Positions 37,310 through 47,600 of a stretch of DNA of 64,000 bases are shown piece by piece. How positions within the stretch are numbered: position 1 is the stretch's first letter; each line of letters opens with the position of its first letter. The position numbers and the translations under genes were made by a program. Under the pieces are notes generated by a model. That model searched no databases, was not told the DNA's origin, and saw only the letters and a program-made list of their open reading frames with translations. Origin of the DNA: Gemmatimonadaceae bacterium (GTDB lineage Bacteria > Gemmatimonadota > Gemmatimonadetes > Gemmatimonadales > Gemmatimonadaceae); assembly GCA_051859245.1 (NCBI GenBank), contig JBHYGA010000004.1, positions 384,001-448,000 on the forward strand, written 5' to 3'.

Positions 37310-38203
37310 ATGACCTCCCCACGGCAGTTCCATTCCACGCGTTCGCTGCTGCTTGCTGCTGGTTCCTTCGCGCTGCTCGCCTGTGGCGGCAGCGACGCGG
37401 CGTCTGACACTGCGTCTGACCCTGCGGCGGATTCAACCGCTGTTGCTGCAGCGCCCGCGTCGCCAAACGTTGTTGACATTTCCGCTGGCGACTACTTCTA
37501 CACGATGGCCGACACGCTGCTTTCGGGCGCGACCACGTTTCGCCTGACGACCAACGGCCAGGAGATGCATCACGTGCAGCTGGTCCGCGTGCCGGCTGAC
37601 AAAGGCCTCGAAGAGTTGATGGGCGCGATGCAGGGCGGTGGTCCGGCACCGGAATGGGCCGAGTTTGTGGGCGGACCGAATGCGCCAACGCCGATGTCGG
37701 GCACGTCGACCGTGACGCTCGACCTGCAACCCGGCAAGTACATCGCGTTGTGCGTGATTCCGTCACCGGACGGTGCGCCGCACGTGGCCAAGGGCATGAG
37801 CAAAACGCTGGTCGTGACGCAGAATCCGGCGGCAGCCGCGCTGCCCGCCGCCACGATTACGATGAGCCTGACGGACTACGACTTTGCGTTGTCCGCGCCA
37901 CTCACGGCCGGTTCACACGTGATGCAGGTAACGAACAACGCCGAGCAGGAGCACGAAGTGTTCATTGCGAAGCTCGCGCCAGGCGCGACGGCCGCACAGC
38001 TGCTCAGCTGGATCGAAAAGCCGAATGGACCACCACCGGGCGAAGCCATTGGTGGCACGGTGGGCATGGAGAAGGGCGCTTCAAATCTCGTGCACCTTGA
38101 TCTGACGCCTGGCGAGTACGCGCTGATCTGCTTCATTCCAGATGCAAAGGATGGCAAGCCACACTTTGTGCACGGCATGATGAAACAGATCAGCGTGATG
38201 TAG
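37310..38203 (+). CDS. lipoprotein with two tandem cupredoxin-like (type-1 copper) domains
   Basis: Lipobox LLAC; twice 'N..xxH...GxYxxxC(x9-10)H(x4)M' (CVIPSPDGAPHVAKGM, CFIPDAKDGKPHFVHGM). Confidence 0.75.
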   Translation: MTSPRQFHSTRSLLLAAGSFALLACGGSDAASDTASDPAADSTAVAAAPASPNVVDISAGDYFYTMADTLLSGATTFRLTTNGQEMHHVQLVRVPADKGLEELMGAMQGGGPAPEWAEFVGGPNAPTPMSGTSTVTLDLQPGKYIALCVIPSPDGAPHVAKGMSKTLVVTQNPAAAALPAATITMSLTDYDFALSAPLTAGSHVMQVTNNAEQEHEVFIAKLAPGATAAQLLSWIEKPNGPPPGEAIGGTVGMEKGASNLVHLDLTPGEYALICFIPDAKDGKPHFVHGMMKQISVM

Positions 38204-38220
38204 TTCGATCACGTGCTGCG

Positions 38221-38251
38221 GCTGCGGAGTGGCAACCGGCCACTCCGCAGC
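38221..38251. terminator. hairpin between convergent genes (probable terminator)
   Basis: GCTGCGGAGTGGC-aaccg-GCCACTCCGCAGC, a perfect 13-bp stem. Confidence 0.65.
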
Positions 38252-38259
38252 ATCAGGAG

Positions 38260-40926
38260 TTACGGAACGATGGCGTTTGTGGGACTTCCCGCGGGCGCCT
38301 TCGCGTTTTTCACATACACATCAAACCACGCAAACCAGCGTGCCCACAAATCCAGATCACTCTGGTACGTGGCGACGCTGTGGTCTTCGTACGGATACAT
38401 GTAGAGCGCCGCGTTCTTGCCGAGGCCATTGAGCGCCTGATACATGCGCGTGGAGCTCATCGGGGCTGTGCCCTGATTCTGATCTTCGATGGCGTGATAG
38501 AGCAGCAGCGCGCCGGCGAGTTTGTCGGCGCGGAAGAACGGCGACATGTCGAGATAAGTGGCCTGCGCTTCAAAAAAGTTGCGACGTTCGCTCTGAAAAC
38601 CGAATGGTGTGAGTGAACGATTGTACATGCCGTCACCGGCAATGCCCGCCTTGAAGTACGGCGTGAGCGTCATCGCGTTCACCGTGCTGAACGCGCCGTA
38701 GCTGTGCCCGCCGAGTCCCATCTTGTGACGGTCCACAAATCCCGAGTCCACAACGGCGTCGAGCACGGCGTCGAGGTTTTCTTTCAGGTCGCGCGTGTAG
38801 TTGTCATTCATGCGACCCGCATCGCCGAAGATGGGAATGTCGGGTTGAATGAACGCGTAACCCTGCGTGACCCACAACGAGGTGGCCGTTGCCGGGCGTG
38901 CGGCCGGTACGGCGGGGAACTGATGAATGTTGGTGGTGAATCGCGAGCGCTCGTAGTCTTCCACCGACGCGTATTCACGCGGATAAAACCAGATGATACC
39001 GGGAAGCTTTGTGCCGGGTGTCCAGCCTTTCGGGAGCGTGATCTCCACCCAGAAACGTCCACCGTCGCGTGGTCGCACCACCTGAAAGCGCTTGAATACG
39101 GCGCCGGTCACTTCTGGTGCGACGTCGACATTGCTGGTGAGCTTGCGGCTCGAGCCGGCGGCGACATCTCGCAGATACGCGTCGGGAATCACGGTGCGCG
39201 ACTGCTGCGTGTAGATGTACTGCGAGTAATCATCGTCGAGCGCGGTGACAAACTCGTGGTATGCGTCGGTTGGACTTTCAAAAATGCGCGTGCGTGCGCC
39301 GGTTTCAATCTCCACGCGATCAATCCACGGACGCGGTGCCTGTTCGTGCCACTTGGCGCCCGGCGTGCGCGTACCGGCCACGTACACTGATTTGCCGTCG
39401 GTGCTCGTGACGACACGCGTTTCGCCCAGCACGCCATTCACGGTTGTGATTCGTCCGTTGTTGCTCGTGTCACCCGTTGCGCCACCACGCGCTGCCGCGG
39501 CAGCACCACCACCACCGCCAAACGGTCCTCCGCCTCCAACGGCGAGTGCAACGCCGCGCGGCAACCGAACGCGCTTTGATTGATCGGCGACATTCACCGC
39601 GATGACGGCGCCACTGTCGTTCACAAACATCGTGCGACCATCTCGGCTGTACGTCACGCCTGTGAGCTGCGTGCCACCTGCATACAACGTGCTCGTATCA
39701 CTGTTGCCGTACGGCGCGCGCCACGCGACGTAGCGCACACCCGTGGTGCCGCGTCCGCCGTTGGTGCCGCCGTTCACGATATTCTGCAGATATACCAGGC
39801 CAGGACCGATCGGATTCCAGGCAATGCTGCGGCGTGCCGTGTCACTCGCGACCGCCGCGCCGGTACCCGTGCCCGGCGCGCCAGCGCGCGGATTGCCTTC
39901 ACGCAGCGGCGATGTCGCGAGTGTGACCAGCGACTTGCCGGAGAGATCCCACACTTCCTGCACCGTGCCGAAGTTGCTCACCGGCACGAGGTACGAGTAC
40001 GGCGTGGTAACGCGCGTAATGCGTACCTGCTGGGCATCGCTCGACAAGTCGACTGATCGGAACATCTGCGGCGTACCAATGCGACGTTCCGAACGAGCGC
40101 GCACATCAAGCAGCGCCAGCTGACCGATGGCGTAGTGCTCAAGCATCGCCTTGTCATGCGGCGTCTCGAGCAAGCTGAAGTGCACCGGCTGCGGCACCGC
40201 TTTGGATTCGGTCAGGCGAACCTGCGGTCCGTCTTCAACACCGTTTTTGCCGCGCACCGGGACCGGCCCACGGTTCGCGGGCACCAACACCACCAACAGC
40301 TGCTTTCCGTCGGCGCTCCACGACAGCCCTGTTACGAGGGTCGCCAGCAGCGGTGTCCGGCTGACCTGCGTGCTGCGTCCGGTCGCCACATCGGCCACGA
40401 CGGCATGCGACGCGTTCACGTAGTTGGCGATGTAGGCGATGTGCGCACCGTTTGGTGACCACTCCGGCGACGAAATGGACTGCACGCCGCGCGGCGGTTC
40501 AATCGTGCGGGTGGCGCCGGTGCGCGGATTGACGAGCGTGAGCGTACGCGTCGTGCTCGTGGTGAGTGACCGTGCGCGATTCGCCTGGGTATCTACCTGG
40601 ACACCGCCGAGCCAGAGATGCGGTTTGCCGAAGTCGGCGATGTCGCCGCGATCGGGGCCGCTCGTGCGCAGGAACCAACTCCGGTCGGGACTGGCGTTCG
40701 TAAAGGAAATGTCGACACGCGGCGCCATGATGATGCGTTCGACATCGGCGGGCGGACGTGTGAACGTTTCTGTTCGCAGCACGGCCTGCGGGTCCCAGCC
40801 CGATCCGTTACCGTTTCCATTGGCTTGGGCGGCGATCGGTGTTGTGGAGAGGGGAATCGCGGCACAGAGCAACAACGCGGCTACAATTTGCGGATGTGTG
40901 ACGTGTCGCACTTTCGGTGAACGCAT
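38260..40926 (-). CDS. S9 family (prolyl oligopeptidase-like/glutamyl) peptidase
   Basis: Signal peptide, propeller segments 'WSPNG/WSADG', nucleophile 'GGHSYGAF', 'YNRSLTPFGFQSE', 'ED', 'PYEDH'. Confidence 0.92.
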   Translation of the reverse strand: MRSPKVRHVTHPQIVAALLLCAAIPLSTTPIAAQANGNGNGSGWDPQAVLRTETFTRPPADVERIIMAPRVDISFTNASPDRSWFLRTSGPDRGDIADFGKPHLWLGGVQVDTQANRARSLTTSTTRTLTLVNPRTGATRTIEPPRGVQSISSPEWSPNGAHIAYIANYVNASHAVVADVATGRSTQVSRTPLLATLVTGLSWSADGKQLLVVLVPANRGPVPVRGKNGVEDGPQVRLTESKAVPQPVHFSLLETPHDKAMLEHYAIGQLALLDVRARSERRIGTPQMFRSVDLSSDAQQVRITRVTTPYSYLVPVSNFGTVQEVWDLSGKSLVTLATSPLREGNPRAGAPGTGTGAAVASDTARRSIAWNPIGPGLVYLQNIVNGGTNGGRGTTGVRYVAWRAPYGNSDTSTLYAGGTQLTGVTYSRDGRTMFVNDSGAVIAVNVADQSKRVRLPRGVALAVGGGGPFGGGGGAAAAARGGATGDTSNNGRITTVNGVLGETRVVTSTDGKSVYVAGTRTPGAKWHEQAPRPWIDRVEIETGARTRIFESPTDAYHEFVTALDDDYSQYIYTQQSRTVIPDAYLRDVAAGSSRKLTSNVDVAPEVTGAVFKRFQVVRPRDGGRFWVEITLPKGWTPGTKLPGIIWFYPREYASVEDYERSRFTTNIHQFPAVPAARPATATSLWVTQGYAFIQPDIPIFGDAGRMNDNYTRDLKENLDAVLDAVVDSGFVDRHKMGLGGHSYGAFSTVNAMTLTPYFKAGIAGDGMYNRSLTPFGFQSERRNFFEAQATYLDMSPFFRADKLAGALLLYHAIEDQNQGTAPMSSTRMYQALNGLGKNAALYMYPYEDHSVATYQSDLDLWARWFAWFDVYVKNAKAPAGSPTNAIVP

Positions 40927-41106
40927 GCAGTCTCCAAGGTGGTACGGATCCGCGAGTCGGACGTCCGTTCGCTGGAAATACGGCTGAGCGGGCGAGATGC
41001 TGAATTGTGACGTGCGTCTCAGGCAACGTGCACCGCATCGGGTTGGGCGGAGTATTAGTTCTTCTATGATAGCGTCTGGCGTAACTTTTTCTTCTTTCCC
41101 TGCTGC

Positions 41107-41955
41107 ATGACCGCTGACAACGCGTTGTTGATTGCGCTTGGTCTGTTCGCGCTCGTGGGCAGCGGTGCCGCCGTGTACTGGTGGCTGAACCGTACGCCAT
41201 CAGGGTACCGACGAGATCGGGACGCTGAGCTGCCGCTGTTTTCGGTTTCGATGCCCGACTCGCGTCGCACGCCACCGCGTCCCGCCACGCCGCCGGCGGC
41301 CGCGCCAGTGGTGCCCAAGTCCGCCGGAAAGGCGCCTGAGACGCCGGTGGCTGTTCCTGCGGCGGCGGCGCCCAAGCCGGCGAAGAAAAGTTCGGAGCCG
41401 AACATTATTGAGATTTCGACCGCAACGGCCGCGGCGCCGGTTGCCACGCCGGTTGCCACACCGGTTGCACCGCCGGTCGCCACTCCAGTCGCCACGCCGC
41501 CTGCGGCGGCAGGAGTCACGAATCCCGCGCCCACGCCGGAGCCGGTTCTCGCCCACGGCGTGCCTGGATCCGTGGTCGAAGGGCATCTGTTGCGGTTCAG
41601 CGTGCCTCAGGAGGGCACGCTGCAGTTTCTGCCCGGACGTCTCGAAGTGTCGGGCGGTCTGGACGCCGGACGTGAGATCCGCTTTGTCCGCGTTCCTGGC
41701 CCGGATGGGACACAGGTCACATTTGGGCGTAGCGAAGGCCCGGCCTATCGCCACATTCAATTGCGCGAGGCCACGGTGAGCCGATTGCACGCCCGCCTCA
41801 CGCTGCGTGAGGGCACGTGGCATCTGACCAACCTCTCGTCGACCAACCCCGCCGTATATAACGGACGCATCTTGAACACCGGCGAAGAACAGCCGCTGTC
41901 CGATGGTGACCGGATCGAGATGGGCGAAGTACTTTTCGGTTTCCGTAGCCGATAA
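41107..41955 (+). CDS. membrane-anchored FHA domain protein
   Basis: N-terminal TM helix, Pro/Ala/Thr linker, FHA motifs 'FGRS', 'VSRLHARL', 'NLSSTN', 'LSDGDRIEMG'. Confidence 0.9.
   Translation: MTADNALLIALGLFALVGSGAAVYWWLNRTPSGYRRDRDAELPLFSVSMPDSRRTPPRPATPPAAAPVVPKSAGKAPETPVAVPAAAAPKPAKKSSEPNIIEISTATAAAPVATPVATPVAPPVATPVATPPAAAGVTNPAPTPEPVLAHGVPGSVVEGHLLRFSVPQEGTLQFLPGRLEVSGGLDAGREIRFVRVPGPDGTQVTFGRSEGPAYRHIQLREATVSRLHARLTLREGTWHLTNLSSTNPAVYNGRILNTGEEQPLSDGDRIEMGEVLFGFRSR
41437..41496 (+). repeat. 12-nt tandem repeat x5 encoding PVAT/PVAP
   Basis: ccggttgccacg ccggttgccaca ccggttgcaccg ccggtcgccact ccagtcgccacg. Confidence 0.8.
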
Positions 41956-41997
41956 TTCAGCGCGCCGCAGGGCGCCGAAGGGCAAGGACTCTGTGGG

Positions 41998-44649
41998 ATG
42001 ATCGACGCGTTCGACGACAGCGAGGTTGCAGACCTCGAAGACGAATACGAACTGCTGGGTGAGCTAGGGCGTGGTGCCAGCGCGATTGTATATCGCGCAC
42101 GCGACCGCGCCCTCGGTCGCCTCGTGGCTATTAAAGTCGTGCGCGCGCATTCCATCGCGTCTGCTGATGATGCGATGCTCCGACTGGCGCGTGAAGCACG
42201 CACCGTCGCCAAGCTGCAACATCCGAACATCGTCACCGTGCACGCGGTCAAGCGTTTGCGAACGGGTGGACTGGCGCTCGTGATGCAGCTCGTACCCGGT
42301 CGCACGCTCAAACAAGCCATCGTCGAGCACGGTCCGTTTGCGCCGGAACAGGCTGAACGCGTGCTGCACGATGTGGCCGAAGCGCTGGCCTATGCGCATG
42401 CGCACGGCGTCGTGCACCGCGATGTCAAACCGGAAAACATTTTTCTCGACGCGGACAGCGGCCGCGCGCTGCTCAGCGACTTTGGCATTGCACACAGTGC
42501 AGACAATGAATCGCGACTGACGATGACCGGCGCGGCCATTGGTACGCCCGCGTACATGGCGCCAGAGCAGATTGATGGCGCGCCTGCCGACGCGCGCTCG
42601 GACATTTACAGTCTCGGTCTTGTGATGTGGGAGATGCTCACGGGCAAACGTCCGTGGGACGGCGAATCGCTGTTCAATGTGATCTCCAAACAGAAGCAGG
42701 AAGACCTGCCGGCAATTGATGCGCTGCGACCGGGTGTTGTACCACCACGATTGCAGTACATCACCGAGCGCATGTTGCAGAAGCGCGCCGCCGCGCGCTG
42801 GGCCGGTGCGGACGGCTTGCTCGCGAATCTCGATCATTGGGTGGTGCCGAACGACTGGCGCCAATGGGAAGCGGCCCACAAACGCCGCCGCGAAGCCGCG
42901 CGCGCGATGCGTGCTGAACAGCGCGAAGCAAACGAGACGGCGTCGCCCTCAGACATGGCGACCATCCGGTTCCGTCGTGATGGGAGTACGCCCGGATCCA
43001 ATGTGCAGGTGATTGATCGCGGCGCGATGGTCACACCCGCGTCCGCGGCGTCGCTGGTACCGGAAGACGACAAGCCGTCGTGGGCTGTTGAACCAACCGC
43101 GCCGCCGCGCCGAGCGTGGCGCGCCGCCATGGTTGCCGCAATGCTCATCGCCGTCGGAACAGGCGCGGCGTGGTACGCCGACGCAACGGGCCGGATCAAC
43201 ATGCGCGCACTGATCGGTGGATCGGCAAGCAGCGCGACGCTCGCCAATGCGAACGCTGACGCGCGGTCAGGAGCCGCGCTAGTGACTGACACGCAAGTTG
43301 GAACGCTGAGTGATTCCACGTCCGTGCTCGGCGCCGTTGCGGCGGACTCGGTGGTGGCAGCCACCACGGGCAGCCCCACCGGGGTGGCGCCAAGCAGTGA
43401 TCAAGTGGGCGCAACGGCGGCACTCAATGGCGCAACGCCACCGCTGACCACTGATCGACAGCCGACAACGGCGGTGCCAATCGTGCCGCCGGAATCCGTA
43501 CCGCCGCGTGCGCGTCGTGCGGCACCCGTGGCGTCGCCGGCGCCGAGTGTCGCAACAGAATCCACACCCGCCGCCCCCGCGGTTCGCGCAACGGATGACG
43601 CGGGCGTGGTGAGCGCCGGCGGCCGACACAGTTGTGCACTCGCCAATGGACGCGCGCTGTGCTGGGGTGCAAACGACGCGGGACAGTTGGGCAACGGTGA
43701 CGTCGAATCGAGTGATGCACCGAGTGCCGTGGCTGGAGATCTTGAGTTTGTACAGATCGCGGCCGGACTGGCGCACACGTGCGGCGTCGCCCGCGGCGGC
43801 GATGCGTACTGCTGGGGCGCCGATGATCGCGGTCAACTGGGTGATGCCACTACAACGTCGCGCAGTGCGCCGGTGCGGGTGAACTCGAATCTGAATTTTC
43901 GCGTGGTGCGCAGCGGCTCCAATCACACCTGCGGACTGACCACGGGCGCACAAATCGCCTGCTGGGGCTTAAACACCATGGGTCAGGTCGGCGATGGTAC
44001 GTATGGTATGCGCACCTCACCGGTGCGCATCAACAGTGATCAGCGGTTTGTGTCGGTCTCCACCGGTTGGAATCACAGCTGCGCAATCGCGTACGACGGT
44101 TCGGCGTGGTGCTGGGGAGCAAACAACGACGGTCAGCTTGGCGACGGTACGCGCACCAATCAGAACGCGCCGCAGCGTGTGCAGTCGAGTTTGCGTTTTA
44201 CCAGCTTGTCAGCGGGAGGCGGACACACCTGCGGTGTGACGGAAGACGGCGCGCTGCATTGCTGGGGACGCAATGCGTTTGGACAGCTTGGTATTGGAAA
44301 TACAACATCGCAATCTGCGCCGGTGCGTGTGGAGAGCACCGCGCGATTCGCGTCCGTGAGCCTGGGCGGTGTGCATAGCTGTGCGCGCACCACCAGTGGT
44401 CAGGCGTGGTGCTGGGGCCTCAACACGTACGGACAACTCGGCGACGGAAGCATGGTCAACCGATCGTCTCCGGTCCGGGTGATTGGCGTGAGCAACTTTG
44501 CCGTGATCAACGCAACGGGTGCGCACACTTGCGGCACCACGACTGACGGCTCGGTGTCGTGTTGGGGATTCAATGTGCAGGGACAGCTTGGTGATGGCAC
44601 TCGAAACCATCTGGCACGTCCGACTCGCGTAGCGATTCCGGGGCGCTAA
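41998..44649 (+). CDS. Hanks-type Ser/Thr protein kinase with TM helix and extracytoplasmic RCC1-repeat propeller
   Basis: 'LGRGASAIV', 'VAIK', 'HRDVKPEN', 'DFG', 'GTPAYMAPE', a TM helix, then ~7 'HTC...CWG.N..GQLG.G' repeats. Confidence 0.93.
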   Translation: MIDAFDDSEVADLEDEYELLGELGRGASAIVYRARDRALGRLVAIKVVRAHSIASADDAMLRLAREARTVAKLQHPNIVTVHAVKRLRTGGLALVMQLVPGRTLKQAIVEHGPFAPEQAERVLHDVAEALAYAHAHGVVHRDVKPENIFLDADSGRALLSDFGIAHSADNESRLTMTGAAIGTPAYMAPEQIDGAPADARSDIYSLGLVMWEMLTGKRPWDGESLFNVISKQKQEDLPAIDALRPGVVPPRLQYITERMLQKRAAARWAGADGLLANLDHWVVPNDWRQWEAAHKRRREAARAMRAEQREANETASPSDMATIRFRRDGSTPGSNVQVIDRGAMVTPASAASLVPEDDKPSWAVEPTAPPRRAWRAAMVAAMLIAVGTGAAWYADATGRINMRALIGGSASSATLANANADARSGAALVTDTQVGTLSDSTSVLGAVAADSVVAATTGSPTGVAPSSDQVGATAALNGATPPLTTDRQPTTAVPIVPPESVPPRARRAAPVASPAPSVATESTPAAPAVRATDDAGVVSAGGRHSCALANGRALCWGANDAGQLGNGDVESSDAPSAVAGDLEFVQIAAGLAHTCGVARGGDAYCWGADDRGQLGDATTTSRSAPVRVNSNLNFRVVRSGSNHTCGLTTGAQIACWGLNTMGQVGDGTYGMRTSPVRINSDQRFVSVSTGWNHSCAIAYDGSAWCWGANNDGQLGDGTRTNQNAPQRVQSSLRFTSLSAGGGHTCGVTEDGALHCWGRNAFGQLGIGNTTSQSAPVRVESTARFASVSLGGVHSCARTTSGQAWCWGLNTYGQLGDGSMVNRSSPVRVIGVSNFAVINATGAHTCGTTTDGSVSCWGFNVQGQLGDGTRNHLARPTRVAIPGR

Positions 44650-44650
44650 G

Positions 44651-47600
44651 GTGTCTCGTCGTAGTCGATCACAGGGTGCGCTCCTGTGGATGCGCGCTGT
44701 ATTGACGGCCATGATGGTGTTGTCGAGTAGTGCGTGTGTGCGCATGGGCGACATCAGCGGACCGACGCCAGTTGGCGGGATCGTGGAAACGATCACGCTG
44801 TCATCAACAGACGTCACGCTTGGTGTGGGTTCGACGGTCACACTGCAAGCGGTGGCGCGCGACCGAGATGGCGAAACGATCAGCGACCGTGTGGTCACGT
44901 GGTCATCGAGCGACAGCACGATTGTGCGCGTGACATCGGCGGGTGTTCTGACCGGCGTTTCGAACGGCACGGCGCAGGTTGCCGTATCGATTGCCGGACA
45001 AAGCGCACTGGCGCAGGTGCGCGTGATTCCGCGTCCTGTCAGCACGATTGAACTTGGCCCGCTCGCGCCGCGAATTCTGGTGGGCGGTTTTGTGCAACTG
45101 GTTGCGTTACCGCGTGACGAAACGGGCGCGCCGTTGCCCGAACGCACGGTGTTCTGGTCGAGCAGCGATGTGGCCGTTGCAACGGTAGATGCGGCCGGTT
45201 TTGTGAGCGGACTCTCACCGGGCGCCACAACGATCACGGCACGCAGCGAGTCGCGTGAGGCAGCGGTTGGTGTCACGGTCAGCGCGGTGCCGGTGCGATC
45301 GGTGCTCGTGTCGCCGCGTGTTGACACAATTGTTGTGGGGCAGAGCACACAGCTGACAGCGATCGCTCGCGATTCCAATACCGTGCCGTTGGTTGATCGA
45401 GTGTTCGCGTGGCGCTCGGAGAATCTTGGTAGGGCGACCGTATCGGCAACGGGGTTGGTGCTAGGTGTTTCGCCGGGCACGGTGACAATTGTTGCGCAGA
45501 CTGATGATGTGGTCGGGACGGCGACTGTCGTTGTACAGCCGAGACCAATTGGCGCCGTGATCGTTTCGCCCGCGCAGGCGTCGTTGTCCGTAGGTACGAC
45601 TGTCAGCGTGACCGTGCAGATCACCGATGCCAACGGCAATCTGTTGACCGGCCGACCGATCAGCTTTTCCAGCGAGAACACATCAATTGCGACGGTGACG
45701 AACGCTGGTGTTGTCCGAGCGGTGGCTGTTGGCACCACGAACATTCGTGCCACGAGCGAAGGACAAACTGGCGTGATGAGTGTGACGGTCACACCAACGC
45801 CGGTGGCATCAGTGCGCATTGCGCCGCTCAACTCATCGTTGACGGTAGGTGATAGTGTGCGTCTCACTGCGTCAGCGCTCGACGACGCGGGCAGCGTGCT
45901 CTCGCAGCGTCCTGCGACGTGGACCAGCGGTGCGCCGAGTGTGCTGTCGGTGTCGAGCACGGGACTGGTGCGCGCGCTGAGTGCGGGCACGGGTTTGGTG
46001 TTCGCCGTGATCGATGGACGTGTTGCATCGGCCACGATTGTGGTGGCCGCGGTGCCGGTTGGTGAGGTGGTGGTCACACCGGCCACGGCGAATGTGGTGG
46101 TGAACACGACGCTCGATCTCACGGCCGTGGCGCGTGACGCGAGTGGGGTGTTGATCAACAAACCGGTCGTGTGGTCAAGCGCGGATCCGCTGATCGCGCT
46201 CGTGTCGAGCACCGGTCGTGTACGTGGCGTGGCTGTGGGCACAGCACGAATCGAGGCGACCGTCGATGGTCAGACGGGCACGAGTACGATCACCGTGGTG
46301 CCCGTTCCTGTTGCCAGTGTGGCACTCACGCTCACCGATTCATCGCTGAACGTTGGACAAACCGCGCAGGGCGCGGTGGTGTTGCGCGATGCCGCGGGAA
46401 ATATTCTGACCGGTCGTCCCATCACGTGGACAAGCAGCGCGCCGTTGGTGGCAACGGTAAATGCATCGGGGTTGGTGACGGCCGTGAACGGCGGTGCGGC
46501 TAACATCACGGCCACCAGTGGTACGGTGTCGGCTTCGGTCAACGTAGTCGTGTCCGCCGTTGTTGGTTCGCTGTCCGTGCAAACGCAGCCAGCCGGTGCG
46601 GTGAGCGGCAGCGTGTTTACCACGCAGCCGGTCGTGCGCATTCTCGATGCAAACGGGAACCTGGTCGCCACAGGGCCGAGCTCTGTGCTTCCAGTCACCG
46701 TTACACGCGCATCCGGATCCGCCTCGCTCGGCGGCACGACCACCGTGACGGCCGTGAATGGCGTGGCCACGTTCACCAACCTGGCGTTCACAGGTGCCGG
46801 CATTGGGGCGCATACGTTGCGATTCTCCACCGTATCGCCGGCGCTTGAGGTGACCTCTGCGTCATTCAATGTGGCGCCCGGTGCGGCAACGACGTTGACA
46901 GCTGTCTCGAGTCTGAGTCAGAGTGCGGCGGCGGGTGCGCTGGTGAGTGCGCCCCCCAGCGTGCGTGTGTCGGACGCGAGTGGAAATCCTGTGAGTGGTG
47001 TGAGCGTGACGTTTGCGGTGATCAGTGGTGGCGGGACCATTACACCCGCCAGCACGGCAACGGTCGTCACGAATGCGAGTGGTGTGGCGGCGCTCACGCA
47101 GTGGCGACTCGGCACCATTGCAGGTGCGAACAGCGTACGCGCAACGGCGGCCGGACTCACGGGCAGTCCTATCACGTTCAGCGCGACGGGCACGGTTGGT
47201 ACACCAACGCAGCTGGCCGTACTCACGCAACCGGCCGGTGCGATCAGTGGTCGCGCGCTCACCACGCAACCTGTGGTCGAGATTCGCGACGCGGCGGGAA
47301 ATCGTGTCACCGGTGCGAGCGATGCCGTGACGGTATCCGTTGCGACTGGCAGTGGTGATGTGGCGGGCACCGTGACCGTGAATGCGGTGAACGGTGTGGC
47401 GACCTTTACCAATGTTCGTATTGATGGCGCCGGTGCCCACACCCTGCGATTTGCGGCAGCAGGTTTGACCTCGGCGACTTCGGCGTCAATCACGGTGACG
47501 CAGGTTCCCGTAGCCCTGTCGATCTTCACGCAGCCCGCCGGGGCCGTGAGCAGCGCAACGTTTACCACACAACCAGTTGTTCGCATTCTTGACGACGCTG

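Noticed and set aside
39480..39545. Gly/Ala-rich tract in the S9 peptidase
   Set aside because: A low-complexity loop within an intact ORF, with no evidence of a separate function.
41107..44649. FHA + kinase as part of a type VI secretion cluster
   Set aside because: No tss core genes, Hcp, VgrG or PP2C phosphatase in the window.
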